Of a stretch of DNA of 30,410 bases, positions 19,455 through 28,044 are shown piece by piece (within the stretch, counting starts at the first letter, position 1; the number at the start of each line of letters is the position of its first letter). A program made the translations under genes and the position numbers. Source of the stretch: a virus (Duplodnaviria; Caudoviricetes). The notes beneath the pieces are model-generated. The model made no database searches, was not told the DNA's origin, and saw only the letters and a program-made list of their open reading frames with translations. Location of the stretch: the IMG/VR virus record IMGVR_UViG_3300034374_010724, positions 1-30,410 of that record; one strand, written 5' to 3'.

Positions 19455-20258
19455 ATGATTTCACTGACACGACTTTTAAAGGAAGTTCAAGGTAACCCAA
19501 AAGCTATAATCCTTGCTGGCGCCCCTGGTGCTGGTAAGGGTTCTATCTTGGGGGATTTAGATTTATCGGGGTTAAAAATATTCAATTTAGATGATACTAT
19601 TTTAGCTTTAGCAAAAGCCGAAAAATTTTCACTAAATCAAAAAGATACAGATGCTGAAAACAGAAGTGCTTTTATGAAGGCAATGGCTGCAGCAACTAAA
19701 AAACTTAAAGGAGAACAAATCCCTACAGCAATCGCTAATAAAGATTCATTTATCTTAGATGGCACGGCTGCATCAGCTAAACAAACTCAATTATTAGTTG
19801 ACCAATTAAAGGAAGCTGGCTATGATATAATGATGTTATATGTTTATACGCATCTTGAAACGTCTCTAAAACGCAACGAACGTAGGTTCGAGAAGAGTGG
19901 TGGTGAAGATAGAAGTTTAATGCCAAGCGCTGTATACAGAACTTGGATTGATGTAGCTAAAAATTTTGAAACTTACCAACAAATGTTTGGTAATAATTTT
20001 GTATCTGTTTCAAACTTAGGTAAAGATGAAACAATGAAAGATGTAGAAAAAATTCTAAAAACCTACATCGATCCATTTAAACCAACAGATGCTAAACCTA
20101 AAACTGATAAGGAAATAGCTAGATCTAAAAAACAATCTGAAGAATTAAATAAAGAAATCCAAGATTTCTTAAATTCAGATAAAGTCCAAAATATTATTGA
20201 TAATTCAGTGTCTAAAGAAGAGGCACAATCAAAGATAACATCATTTGTAAATGGCTAA
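19455..20258 (+). CDS. P-loop kinase (zeta-toxin/AAA_33-like)
   Basis: Walker A ILAGAPGAGKGS, Walker B-like FILDGT, lid motif LETSLKRNERR. The ATG at 19455 is preferred over TTG 19452. Leader MISLTRLLKE precedes the catalytic domain. Confidence 0.8.
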   Translation: MISLTRLLKEVQGNPKAIILAGAPGAGKGSILGDLDLSGLKIFNLDDTILALAKAEKFSLNQKDTDAENRSAFMKAMAAATKKLKGEQIPTAIANKDSFILDGTAASAKQTQLLVDQLKEAGYDIMMLYVYTHLETSLKRNERRFEKSGGEDRSLMPSAVYRTWIDVAKNFETYQQMFGNNFVSVSNLGKDETMKDVEKILKTYIDPFKPTDAKPKTDKEIARSKKQSEELNKEIQDFLNSDKVQNIIDNSVSKEEAQSKITSFVNG

Positions 20259-23200
20259 AACAATCGCAGCATACGGAGGTGGATTCAAACCACCCACAGC
20301 AGGTCATTTTGAAGTAGTAAAACGTGCTTTAGAACAATTCCCTGAAATAGAGGAACTTACAATTTATGTAGGTGGTGGTGAACGTGATGGTATTACTCAA
20401 GCTGAAGCTGTTTTAATTTGGGAAATTTATCAATCATACCTTCCAATGAAGGTTAAAATTGAACCCTCAAAAGCCCCTATTGGGGATATTATCCGTTTAG
20501 GTAAAAATAATCCACAAGACAAAGTTTACTTTGTAATTGGAGCTCGTGAAAAAAATGAAGGGGATCTAAAAGATATTGAATCACGTACTAAGGGGGTTGA
20601 AGAAAAATACCCTAATATGGAGATTAAAATTATTCAAACACCTGGAGGAGGTATGAGTGGTACTAATGCTCGTAAAGCCGCTAAAGTATCTGCTGAAGAA
20701 TTTTACAAATACCTACCCTCAGAATTAACAGATGAAGAAAAACAAGAGGTTTACGATATTGTAAAACCTATGGTAAATGAAGCACTTTTACCTTCTGCTT
20801 CTGATATTAAAGCTAAATTTAAAGATTTAATATCTGCTGTAAAACAACAAGGTGGAGATGCTAAAAAAGCACTTGTTATGTTAGTTAAAGCCGCTAAAGG
20901 TGAAATTGATCTAACAGATGATGATAAAGCATTTATTAAGTTGCAATTAAAAGATGCTCTTAAAGCTGTTTTAGGAACAGCTATATTTGCTCTCCCAGCA
21001 GGTTCATTAGTATTGCTCTTGCTTAAAGCTATTAAACTACATGGGTTAGTAATCCCAACCGCATTCCTAAATGAAAGATTAGAGCCATATAAGTTTAAGG
21101 TATTATTTTTAGAAAATGAAGATAATACTACAAGATATACTTTTACAACAAACCAGGGTACCGAATATTTAGTAGATTTAGTTAGAAAACCTAAAACTGA
21201 AGTAAAAATTGAATATGGTGCTATTAAAGAAGGTCAAAAATCTTGGGTTAAACCTACTAACGAAGGTGAACCCCTTAAAGTTATCTCTACCGTAACTGAA
21301 ATTATTAAAGAGTATTATGTAAGTAATCCTAATCTTGAAGTTGTAAAATGGAAAGCAACTAAGGGTAAAAATAATACTAAAGTTGATAGTCAAAGAGACA
21401 AACTAAACATTAAATTCTTCCAGAGAGAAATGCCTGGGATTAAAGTAGTTCATGAAGGTCAAGAAACAAGAATTATCTTACCTAAATTAAATGAAAATGC
21501 TACTTATTCTAAAGACATTGACATTATAGAAAAATGTGCTGCCTTAACAAACCACATGCGTGAAAAAGGATACAAGATTGATCCTTTACCTTCGATTGAA
21601 TTTGTTAACGGTGATACTGAAAATGCTAGAGATTTCTTTGGTAAAACAGCATATTACGATCCAAACGAACAAAAAATTGTTTTATATACTGAAGGTCGTC
21701 ATCCTAAAGATATTGTTCGTTCATTTGCTCACGAGATGATTCATCATGTGCAAAATCTTGAGGATCGTTTAGGTAATATTACAACAACAGATACAACTGA
21801 AGATTCTAATTTAGAGGATATCGAAAAAGAAGCATATCTAAATGGTAACATCTCATTCAGAAACTGGACTGATAGTCTACAGGAAAAGAAAAAGAAAGAT
21901 CCATTTGGTTTAAATCAATATGCTCGTGAATTAGCTCAGGGTTTAGAAGAATCATTAAATGAAGGTCGTTACGATAGTATTTCAAGACAATTAGCTTCAA
22001 TTGCTCTTAATTCTTGGAAAAGCGATTTCAAAGATGGAGCAAGCTATGGATATTTTGTGGGTGAAATTACTCCTGAAGAATATCCAACGGATTTAACATT
22101 TACATTTAAAGCATTAGGTCGATTTGTAGATGGTCCTTACAAGCACAACGGTTATTCAAGATCAGATGGTGAAGTAGGAGTTAAATATGAAATTCCAAAA
22201 GATTCTATCCCTCAAATTTGGGAAGAAGTTTATATGGATTTAATTTCTACTATTCGACATGAAATTGAACATCAAACCCAAGGTGGTAAAAATGTTAAAC
22301 CTGGTAAAGGAATGGCTTCTGACCAAGAATTAAGAAAATTAATTCAAAAAGGAGGAAGTGATTTAGTAGCATATGTTACTCTACCTAAAGAAATCGAATC
22401 AAACGTTCAAGGTTTATATCTTAAAGCTAAAAAGTGGAGACGTCCTTATGACGAGATAGCTGATGAATATATTAAGGATTTCCTTAAAATCACCAACCCA
22501 GCTGATGTAAACTATGTTAAAAATAAATGGCAAGAAGTAGCTAAAAAACGTAATCTACCTAGTTTATTAAATGAAGGTCGTTACGATGCTTTTGTAAATA
22601 AATTGTCTCGAATCGTATTTGAAATGTTTAAAGACATTCACGATAGAGGAGATAAAGAAGGTGAATTTGAATTTAGAGTAGACCACCCAGATGAAGAACA
22701 CGATATCCCATCTGAAGATTTTTACTTTGATCTAGCAGGTACAGTTAAAATTACTGATGATGAATACATGGTAGATGGGGGGGCAAATGCTGGATTTGAT
22801 GATGAAGGAGAAGAAATTACTCCAATGCTCGCAGTTAAATTTAAAATCCCTAAAAACCCAGATTGGCAAAAAGTATCTTTTGATATTAAAGATGTTGTAA
22901 GACACGAGCTTGAACATTTAACCCAAGATGGAGAAAACGTTAAAGGTGTTGTAATAGATCCTAAAGATCCAAGATTAAATAGACCTGGTAAGCAAATGGA
23001 TGATGATCAAACAATTAGAGATTTAATTGATCTTGATTTATTGCCTAAAGCAGATTACTTTAGATTACCTAAAGAAATAGATGCTATGCTTCAAGGTCTG
23101 TATTATAAAGCTAAAAAATCTAGAACTCCATTTAAAGATGTAATTAATAATTATCTTGATACTCAACCCATTAATGATGAGGAAAGAGAAAATATATTAA

Positions 23201-23733
23201 AAGTTTGGAGAAGCAGAAATAAGGCCTTATCTTTACCATTATTCGAAGAACTAGAAGAAATGGAATACGAGATTTACTCCGATATGGACGGGGTTATTAC
23301 TGATTTTGATGCTCAATTTATGAAAGCTTCTGATGGCATTCGTCCTTCAGAATATGAGCGCAATATGGGTAAAGATGGATTTTGGGAATTAGTAGATGGT
23401 AAAGGTGTAGGTTTCTGGGTAGGGATGCCTTGGATGCCTGATGGTAAACAATATTGGGATTATATTAAAGAATACAATCCTATTTTATTATCATCACCCT
23501 CAAGATCAAATACTTCACGTTTAGGAAAACGTTTATGGGTTAGAAACCAACTACCAGGAACTAAATTAATTTTGGCTCAAGCTAAAGATAAACAAAACTA
23601 TGCTCGTAAAAATCGTATCTTAATTGATGATCGTCCTTCAAATATTGATGAATGGCGCTCACAAGGCGGTATTGGGATTTTACATACCTCAGCATCAAAC
23701 ACTATTAGACAGTTAAAAGAATTAGGATTATGA
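20251..23733 (+). CDS. multidomain protein: HIGH-type nucleotidyltransferase + two unknown modules + three HExxH domains + HAD 5'(3')-nucleotidase-like domain
   Basis: GGFKPPTAGH and MSGTNAR (cytidylyltransferase-like); AHEMIHH, RHEIEH and RHELEH, each with a downstream Glu; DMDGVITDF...ILLSSP...K...ILIDDR (HAD motifs I-IV). Confidence 0.8.
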   Translation: MAKTIAAYGGGFKPPTAGHFEVVKRALEQFPEIEELTIYVGGGERDGITQAEAVLIWEIYQSYLPMKVKIEPSKAPIGDIIRLGKNNPQDKVYFVIGAREKNEGDLKDIESRTKGVEEKYPNMEIKIIQTPGGGMSGTNARKAAKVSAEEFYKYLPSELTDEEKQEVYDIVKPMVNEALLPSASDIKAKFKDLISAVKQQGGDAKKALVMLVKAAKGEIDLTDDDKAFIKLQLKDALKAVLGTAIFALPAGSLVLLLLKAIKLHGLVIPTAFLNERLEPYKFKVLFLENEDNTTRYTFTTNQGTEYLVDLVRKPKTEVKIEYGAIKEGQKSWVKPTNEGEPLKVISTVTEIIKEYYVSNPNLEVVKWKATKGKNNTKVDSQRDKLNIKFFQREMPGIKVVHEGQETRIILPKLNENATYSKDIDIIEKCAALTNHMREKGYKIDPLPSIEFVNGDTENARDFFGKTAYYDPNEQKIVLYTEGRHPKDIVRSFAHEMIHHVQNLEDRLGNITTTDTTEDSNLEDIEKEAYLNGNISFRNWTDSLQEKKKKDPFGLNQYARELAQGLEESLNEGRYDSISRQLASIALNSWKSDFKDGASYGYFVGEITPEEYPTDLTFTFKALGRFVDGPYKHNGYSRSDGEVGVKYEIPKDSIPQIWEEVYMDLISTIRHEIEHQTQGGKNVKPGKGMASDQELRKLIQKGGSDLVAYVTLPKEIESNVQGLYLKAKKWRRPYDEIADEYIKDFLKITNPADVNYVKNKWQEVAKKRNLPSLLNEGRYDAFVNKLSRIVFEMFKDIHDRGDKEGEFEFRVDHPDEEHDIPSEDFYFDLAGTVKITDDEYMVDGGANAGFDDEGEEITPMLAVKFKIPKNPDWQKVSFDIKDVVRHELEHLTQDGENVKGVVIDPKDPRLNRPGKQMDDDQTIRDLIDLDLLPKADYFRLPKEIDAMLQGLYYKAKKSRTPFKDVINNYLDTQPINDEERENILKVWRSRNKALSLPLFEELEEMEYEIYSDMDGVITDFDAQFMKASDGIRPSEYERNMGKDGFWELVDGKGVGFWVGMPWMPDGKQYWDYIKEYNPILLSSPSRSNTSRLGKRLWVRNQLPGTKLILAQAKDKQNYARKNRILIDDRPSNIDEWRSQGGIGILHTSASNTIRQLKELGL
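21954..22587 (+). repeat. 22-bp exact direct repeat ATTAAATGAAGGTCGTTACGAT (21954-21975 and 22566-22587)
   Basis: Read directly; encodes LNEGRYD at the start of two paralogous HExxH modules. Confidence 0.9.
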
Positions 23734-23936
23734 GCCATTTAAAAACATTAGCAGGAGGATACAAAGAAAATTCTCCTAGAGTTCGTAGTGAACATTCAAA
23801 AAAACCTTTTGTAGATACTAGTATTAAAATGATTAATGCTCAAGAGCTAGCTAACAATATTAAATTATGGGCTAGTGAGGGTAGGTTATCTTCTGAAGAC
23901 ATCCAATTAATTATATCTGAATTACAAAAATTATAA
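23730..23936 (+). CDS. hypothetical protein (68 aa)
   Basis: ATGA overlap upstream and TAATG overlap downstream support a real, translationally coupled gene. Confidence 0.65.
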   Translation: MSHLKTLAGGYKENSPRVRSEHSKKPFVDTSIKMINAQELANNIKLWASEGRLSSEDIQLIISELQKL

Positions 23937-24508
23937 TGAGTGATAATGTTTTAAAAAAAGAGTTTTCTAAACAAGATGTTACCCGTTTACGAAATCTAGT
24001 ACAAGGTAAATATGGAGATAAAACTCAACAAAGTGTAGGTTATACTAAATCTCAAGAATTTCATTCTGAAGGAGATGTTTGGGAAGAAGATGGTCGTAAA
24101 TGGACTATTAAAAATGGTATCAAACAAAACATTACAAAGTTAGATAAAGCAAAAAAGGCACACGTAATGCCTATTTTTTGTCCTAATTGTAAAAATGTAA
24201 TGAAAAAACGTTTTGATAAGGATTATTATAATATCCATAAAAAATGTTTTGATTGTGTAATCGAGTTTGAACACGATTTACGCAAAGCAGGTTTATACGA
24301 AGAATACGAAAAAAATATCCGCAATGCTGATATTGATGGGTTTATCAAAGATTTTAAAGCATACGTTGAAGATGAATTAACCCAAAATAACTCATCATTT
24401 GTTACTGAAGCTGGAGATGTTGAAAAGTGGGTTGGTGGTCTGAATGAAAAACGTGTATTAGAGGCATTAGACAAAACTATAGAACATCTCGAGAAAATGA
24501 AAAAGTAA
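23936..24508 (+). CDS. hypothetical protein with C4 zinc finger
   Basis: CPNC...CFDC pair, preceded by EGDVWEEDGRKWTIKNG. Confidence 0.7.
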   Translation: MSDNVLKKEFSKQDVTRLRNLVQGKYGDKTQQSVGYTKSQEFHSEGDVWEEDGRKWTIKNGIKQNITKLDKAKKAHVMPIFCPNCKNVMKKRFDKDYYNIHKKCFDCVIEFEHDLRKAGLYEEYEKNIRNADIDGFIKDFKAYVEDELTQNNSSFVTEAGDVEKWVGGLNEKRVLEALDKTIEHLEKMKK

Positions 24509-24519
24509 CAGATTTTCGT

Positions 24520-24533
24520 ATATTTATAAATAA
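24520..24533 (+). promoter_or_regulatory. putative late promoter ATATTTATAAATAA
   Basis: Intergenic, 22 nt before ATG 24542; preceded by TTTTCGT. Confidence 0.65.
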
Positions 24534-24541
24534 AATCTACA

Positions 24542-24988
24542 ATGTCTGACTTTAATATTCATGCTTGGAAAAAAAATCAATATCTTGCTGAAGCAGGACT
24601 TGGTAGCTCTCAGGCACAATCCTTAGCTAATCTTATTAATGATGCTATTATGCAAGTAGATGAGTCTCTATCTTATAGAGACTTTGCTATTGCTGTTGGT
24701 ATCGTACTTAAAGAAGAGTATGGCTCTCATAACTTTGGAAAGTTTATGGAAGTATTACATGCTGAATTAGGTATAGAAGAATCTATAAACGAAGAACAAG
24801 CTTACGATACATACAAAGTACACGTTGTTACTTCTGATCCTTACGAAGGTGGTCCTGATGAGTGGTTTGATCATGAAGTAAAGGTAGATTCTTCTTTAAC
24901 TGGTGACGATATTAAAGCAAGTATCAAAGATACTATCTATGATATGGGTTATAGACATTTGTACAAACTCAATTACGAGAAAGCATAA
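24542..24988 (+). CDS. hypothetical two-module protein, putative internal head protein
   Basis: Leader MSDFNIHAWKKNQYLAE and an internal IEESINE junction. Confidence 0.65.
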   Translation: MSDFNIHAWKKNQYLAEAGLGSSQAQSLANLINDAIMQVDESLSYRDFAIAVGIVLKEEYGSHNFGKFMEVLHAELGIEESINEEQAYDTYKVHVVTSDPYEGGPDEWFDHEVKVDSSLTGDDIKASIKDTIYDMGYRHLYKLNYEKA

Positions 24989-27153
24989 TGGAAGATATTA
25001 AAAAAATACAAGAATTCTTCTCTAAACCTTTAGAAGAAAATTCCTTTAAAAAAGGTGATAAAGTAACCTATTTGGGAAACCCAGCCGAAATCACTTTCGT
25101 AGGCAAAGACCAAATGGATAGAACATATTATAGTGTATCCTACGATAAAGGTAATGGTAAAACTAAAGCATCAAACCTTTATAACAAAGGTGGTGAAATT
25201 AAACCTTTAAACGAGGGAAGCGAAAATATAGATGTTGAAGACTTTGCTAAAGTAGTTCAAGCAATCAGCCAAACAAACCACCCCGTAACTGTATTGTTAA
25301 CTCCAATTTTTGGAAAAAATGAAATCGAAATCATTGTAGGTAATGATGCACCCGATCCTATTGTTGATGATATGTTTAATATAATAGCTGACTTAGGATA
25401 CAAACGTGGGGAGTATAGTATAGTAGGTGATACATCTAGTTTATCAAGAAGAGAATATTCCCAAATTCGTAGAATAAATGGTGGTCATAAAGATTACCAA
25501 CGCTGGGAAGAATCGGTAAACGAAATGGATATCAATGACCCAGTCTTAATGAAAATGAGAGCTGCTAAAGATAAATTAGCTAAAAAAGGAACAGATAATA
25601 CTAGTGGTGATCCTAACGACCGTTTCTTTAAGAAGAATATGGATAGACTAAAAAAGTTAGATGCTTTAAAGAAAAAACGCGCTCAAATTATGCGCGATAT
25701 GGAACAAGAAGCTGAACCCGAAGGTGGCCCAATCGCAGACAAGTATGGTGATATGCTTAACAAAATTGATAAAGCAATTGATCTACTTTCACCCCAGAAA
25801 AAAGGGGATGAATATATGTCTAAGGATGAAATTGAAAGACGAGCAGCAATGATTCAAGATCCTTACGCTAATTATATATCACAAGTAAATGCTATGTTTG
25901 GTTTAGAAGAAAACAAACCGGTAGCAAACCCCAACAAACACATTAAAGGAATCCAAATTCAATTAGATCAATTAGGTATTAAATATGAAATGGATCCTAA
26001 AAATAAAGTCCAACCATTCAAAGTAATTTACAAACCAGTAAATAAAGATGATGACTTTTATGATAAATTTGATGATATTGTATTCAGATACAATCTTAAA
26101 GGTGTTGTAAAAACATCAATGAGTGAAGCTTCTAAAGAAGAAGAAACTGAATTTCATAAAAAATTAGATAAATTAGTTCATAGCACTTTCGGTAAAAGAA
26201 AAGACGAACTAGAAGAAGGCGCTGTTGAAATAATGGATGCTTATAATCGTATTTTAGATTTACTTAAAAAAGAATCTCGTGCTTTAAATGATGACGATTC
26301 ATATGCTTTAGGTTTAAAATTAAGAGCATGGTTTGAAAAGAATATTATAAACGAAGATTCTAAAGGTGCTTTAAATTATTTTAACGATTTAAAATATTAT
26401 TATCAAAAAGCATTTAGATATCTAGATGTTAAAGAAAGAGAAGAATATAAACAATTAGCTAAAGATTTCTTTTCTAACTTACAAATTGACGATAAAGTTA
26501 GAGCTGTTGGTTTAGAAGAAAATGATCAATTAACCGAAGCTTACGTTCCTCAAAACATCAAAGAATTTGCTAAAAGAAAAGGTGTTTCACGTTTAGTAAA
26601 CACTGTAGCAGGTTGGGCTGAAAAAGTAGGCGCTCGTATTACTGGTGGAACTGCTATTGGTAAATACTATAATACTCTTATTTTAGATTTAGGTTATCAA
26701 ACCGGTGACATTCGTATCGATTGTGATGAAGAAACAGTTGAATTATATTACGAACCAGTAAACAGCTTTGCTGAATTTAAAAACGTGTTTATGGAAGAAG
26801 AAAGCCGTAAACAAGCTGAACACGATGAAGAAACTTTACGTCGTGAACAAGGTTTAGAAGAAGGTGCTTCAACTGAAGAGAAAAAAATTGCTCAACAAGC
26901 AGTTAATAGAATTGCCAAATACAGAGGCGTAGGTAAAGATGAAGCCAAAAATGATTTAATTAGAGCAGCTAAAGAATTAGCCGAAACAATTAAATTAGGT
27001 GAAGGCGTTATCTACGAAGAACTTTGTGAAAAAGGCAAACGCTACATTAAAGCAAGACAAGCTGCTGGTGAAAAATCATCTGCTTACCTCTCAGGTCGTG
27101 CTGTTAGAGTATGTAAAGGTCAAATCGAATGGCCTAAAAAAGGAAAAAAATAA
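24988..27153 (+). CDS. modular hypothetical protein (721 aa), putative protease-processed polyprotein
   Basis: About eleven [LIVM]-x-E sites split it into 30-130-aa blocks of differing composition. Confidence 0.7.
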   Translation: MEDIKKIQEFFSKPLEENSFKKGDKVTYLGNPAEITFVGKDQMDRTYYSVSYDKGNGKTKASNLYNKGGEIKPLNEGSENIDVEDFAKVVQAISQTNHPVTVLLTPIFGKNEIEIIVGNDAPDPIVDDMFNIIADLGYKRGEYSIVGDTSSLSRREYSQIRRINGGHKDYQRWEESVNEMDINDPVLMKMRAAKDKLAKKGTDNTSGDPNDRFFKKNMDRLKKLDALKKKRAQIMRDMEQEAEPEGGPIADKYGDMLNKIDKAIDLLSPQKKGDEYMSKDEIERRAAMIQDPYANYISQVNAMFGLEENKPVANPNKHIKGIQIQLDQLGIKYEMDPKNKVQPFKVIYKPVNKDDDFYDKFDDIVFRYNLKGVVKTSMSEASKEEETEFHKKLDKLVHSTFGKRKDELEEGAVEIMDAYNRILDLLKKESRALNDDDSYALGLKLRAWFEKNIINEDSKGALNYFNDLKYYYQKAFRYLDVKEREEYKQLAKDFFSNLQIDDKVRAVGLEENDQLTEAYVPQNIKEFAKRKGVSRLVNTVAGWAEKVGARITGGTAIGKYYNTLILDLGYQTGDIRIDCDEETVELYYEPVNSFAEFKNVFMEEESRKQAEHDEETLRREQGLEEGASTEEKKIAQQAVNRIAKYRGVGKDEAKNDLIRAAKELAETIKLGEGVIYEELCEKGKRYIKARQAAGEKSSAYLSGRAVRVCKGQIEWPKKGKK

Positions 27154-27446
27154 TGACAAACGAGCGCCTGCAAGAAATTATTCAAGAGTCATTGCGCGAC
27201 TGGTTCAAAAAAGAGGACTGGGTGCGCATTGATACTCAAGGTAATATTACTGGCCCTTGTGGTACTATGAAAAAAGGTGATGCAACTACTCGTTGTCTAC
27301 CAAAAAAGAAAGCTCAATCACTAACTAAAGCGGAAAGAGCTAAAACATCTCGTAAAAAAGCAGCAGCATCTCGTAAAGGTAAACAATTTGTTTCCAATAC
27401 AGATAAAGCAAAGTATAAAAAAGGAACATACCATAACAAGAAATAA
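27153..27446 (+). CDS. small basic protein, DUF5872-like C-terminal half
   Basis: SLRDWFKKEDW...RCLPKKKAQSLTKAERAKTSRKKAAASRKGKQFV matches my recollection of the DUF5872 pattern; not searched. Confidence 0.55.
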   Translation: MTNERLQEIIQESLRDWFKKEDWVRIDTQGNITGPCGTMKKGDATTRCLPKKKAQSLTKAERAKTSRKKAAASRKGKQFVSNTDKAKYKKGTYHNKK

Positions 27447-27447
27447 A

Positions 27448-28029
27448 ATGGGTACATTTGATTATAAATCATATATTGCTAATAATCCTCTTTTAAAAGA
27501 ATTTGAGGACAATGGAGCTGAAGAAAAAGCATTTGATGCTGAATTAATGGCTACCGCTAATGGTATTGCTGCTACTTTAGGTAAAGAACTTAAAGCTAAA
27601 AAAGGAGATAAAGACCAATTAGACGAAGTTCTTGGTTCAGTTATTGCCGGTATTTTAACAGCTAATACATTAGTCAATTTTATCTCTAAAATGGCTGCTA
27701 AACTATTTAAAAAATTAAACTTTAAAAAAGGTGAAGATATCGCTGAAAAAATTCATCATTGGGCTCACGATAACGAAACCGCCTTCCAAGCTCCAATCAA
27801 ACGTGTTTTAGCTTTCTTTATTAAAGATGAAAAAAAATTAGATATGGTTACTAAAGCATCCTATGCCATTGTGGTTGGTTTAATGGCAGCTGGTTACGGA
27901 GCAGAAGCAGTAGAGGGTTTATCTAAAGCCGATTGGTTTAAAGGAACTTTATCTTCATTAAAAGCTGTTGCTAAGAGCGATGAAGCATTAGTTAACGCTT
28001 ATCCAGCAATTAAAACCCTTATGGTATAA
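27448..28029 (+). CDS. hypothetical protein with hydrophobic helices, putative internal/ejected protein
   Basis: Start reassigned to ATG 27448, just after the upstream stop. Leader MGTFDYKSYIANNPLLKE; hydrophobic VLGSVIAGILTANTLVNFI and YAIVVGLMAAGYGA. Confidence 0.65.
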   Translation: MGTFDYKSYIANNPLLKEFEDNGAEEKAFDAELMATANGIAATLGKELKAKKGDKDQLDEVLGSVIAGILTANTLVNFISKMAAKLFKKLNFKKGEDIAEKIHHWAHDNETAFQAPIKRVLAFFIKDEKKLDMVTKASYAIVVGLMAAGYGAEAVEGLSKADWFKGTLSSLKAVAKSDEALVNAYPAIKTLMV

Positions 28030-28044
28030 GGTAAAATTTTTGAT

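Noticed and set aside
19455-20258. Zeta toxin as part of a toxin-antitoxin pair
   Set aside because: No small upstream antitoxin gene; the motifs only support a generic P-loop kinase.
26999-27232. 77-aa + strand alternative-frame ORF spanning the 27153 junction; possible frameshift product
   Set aside because: Both overlapped genes are intact and coupled by TAATG; GTG start and no recognisable motif. An A-run near 27136-27150 exists but nothing requires a frameshift.
27388-27447. N-terminal extension of ORF 27388..28029
   Set aside because: Overlaps the previous gene; ATG 27448 yields the shared leader motif.
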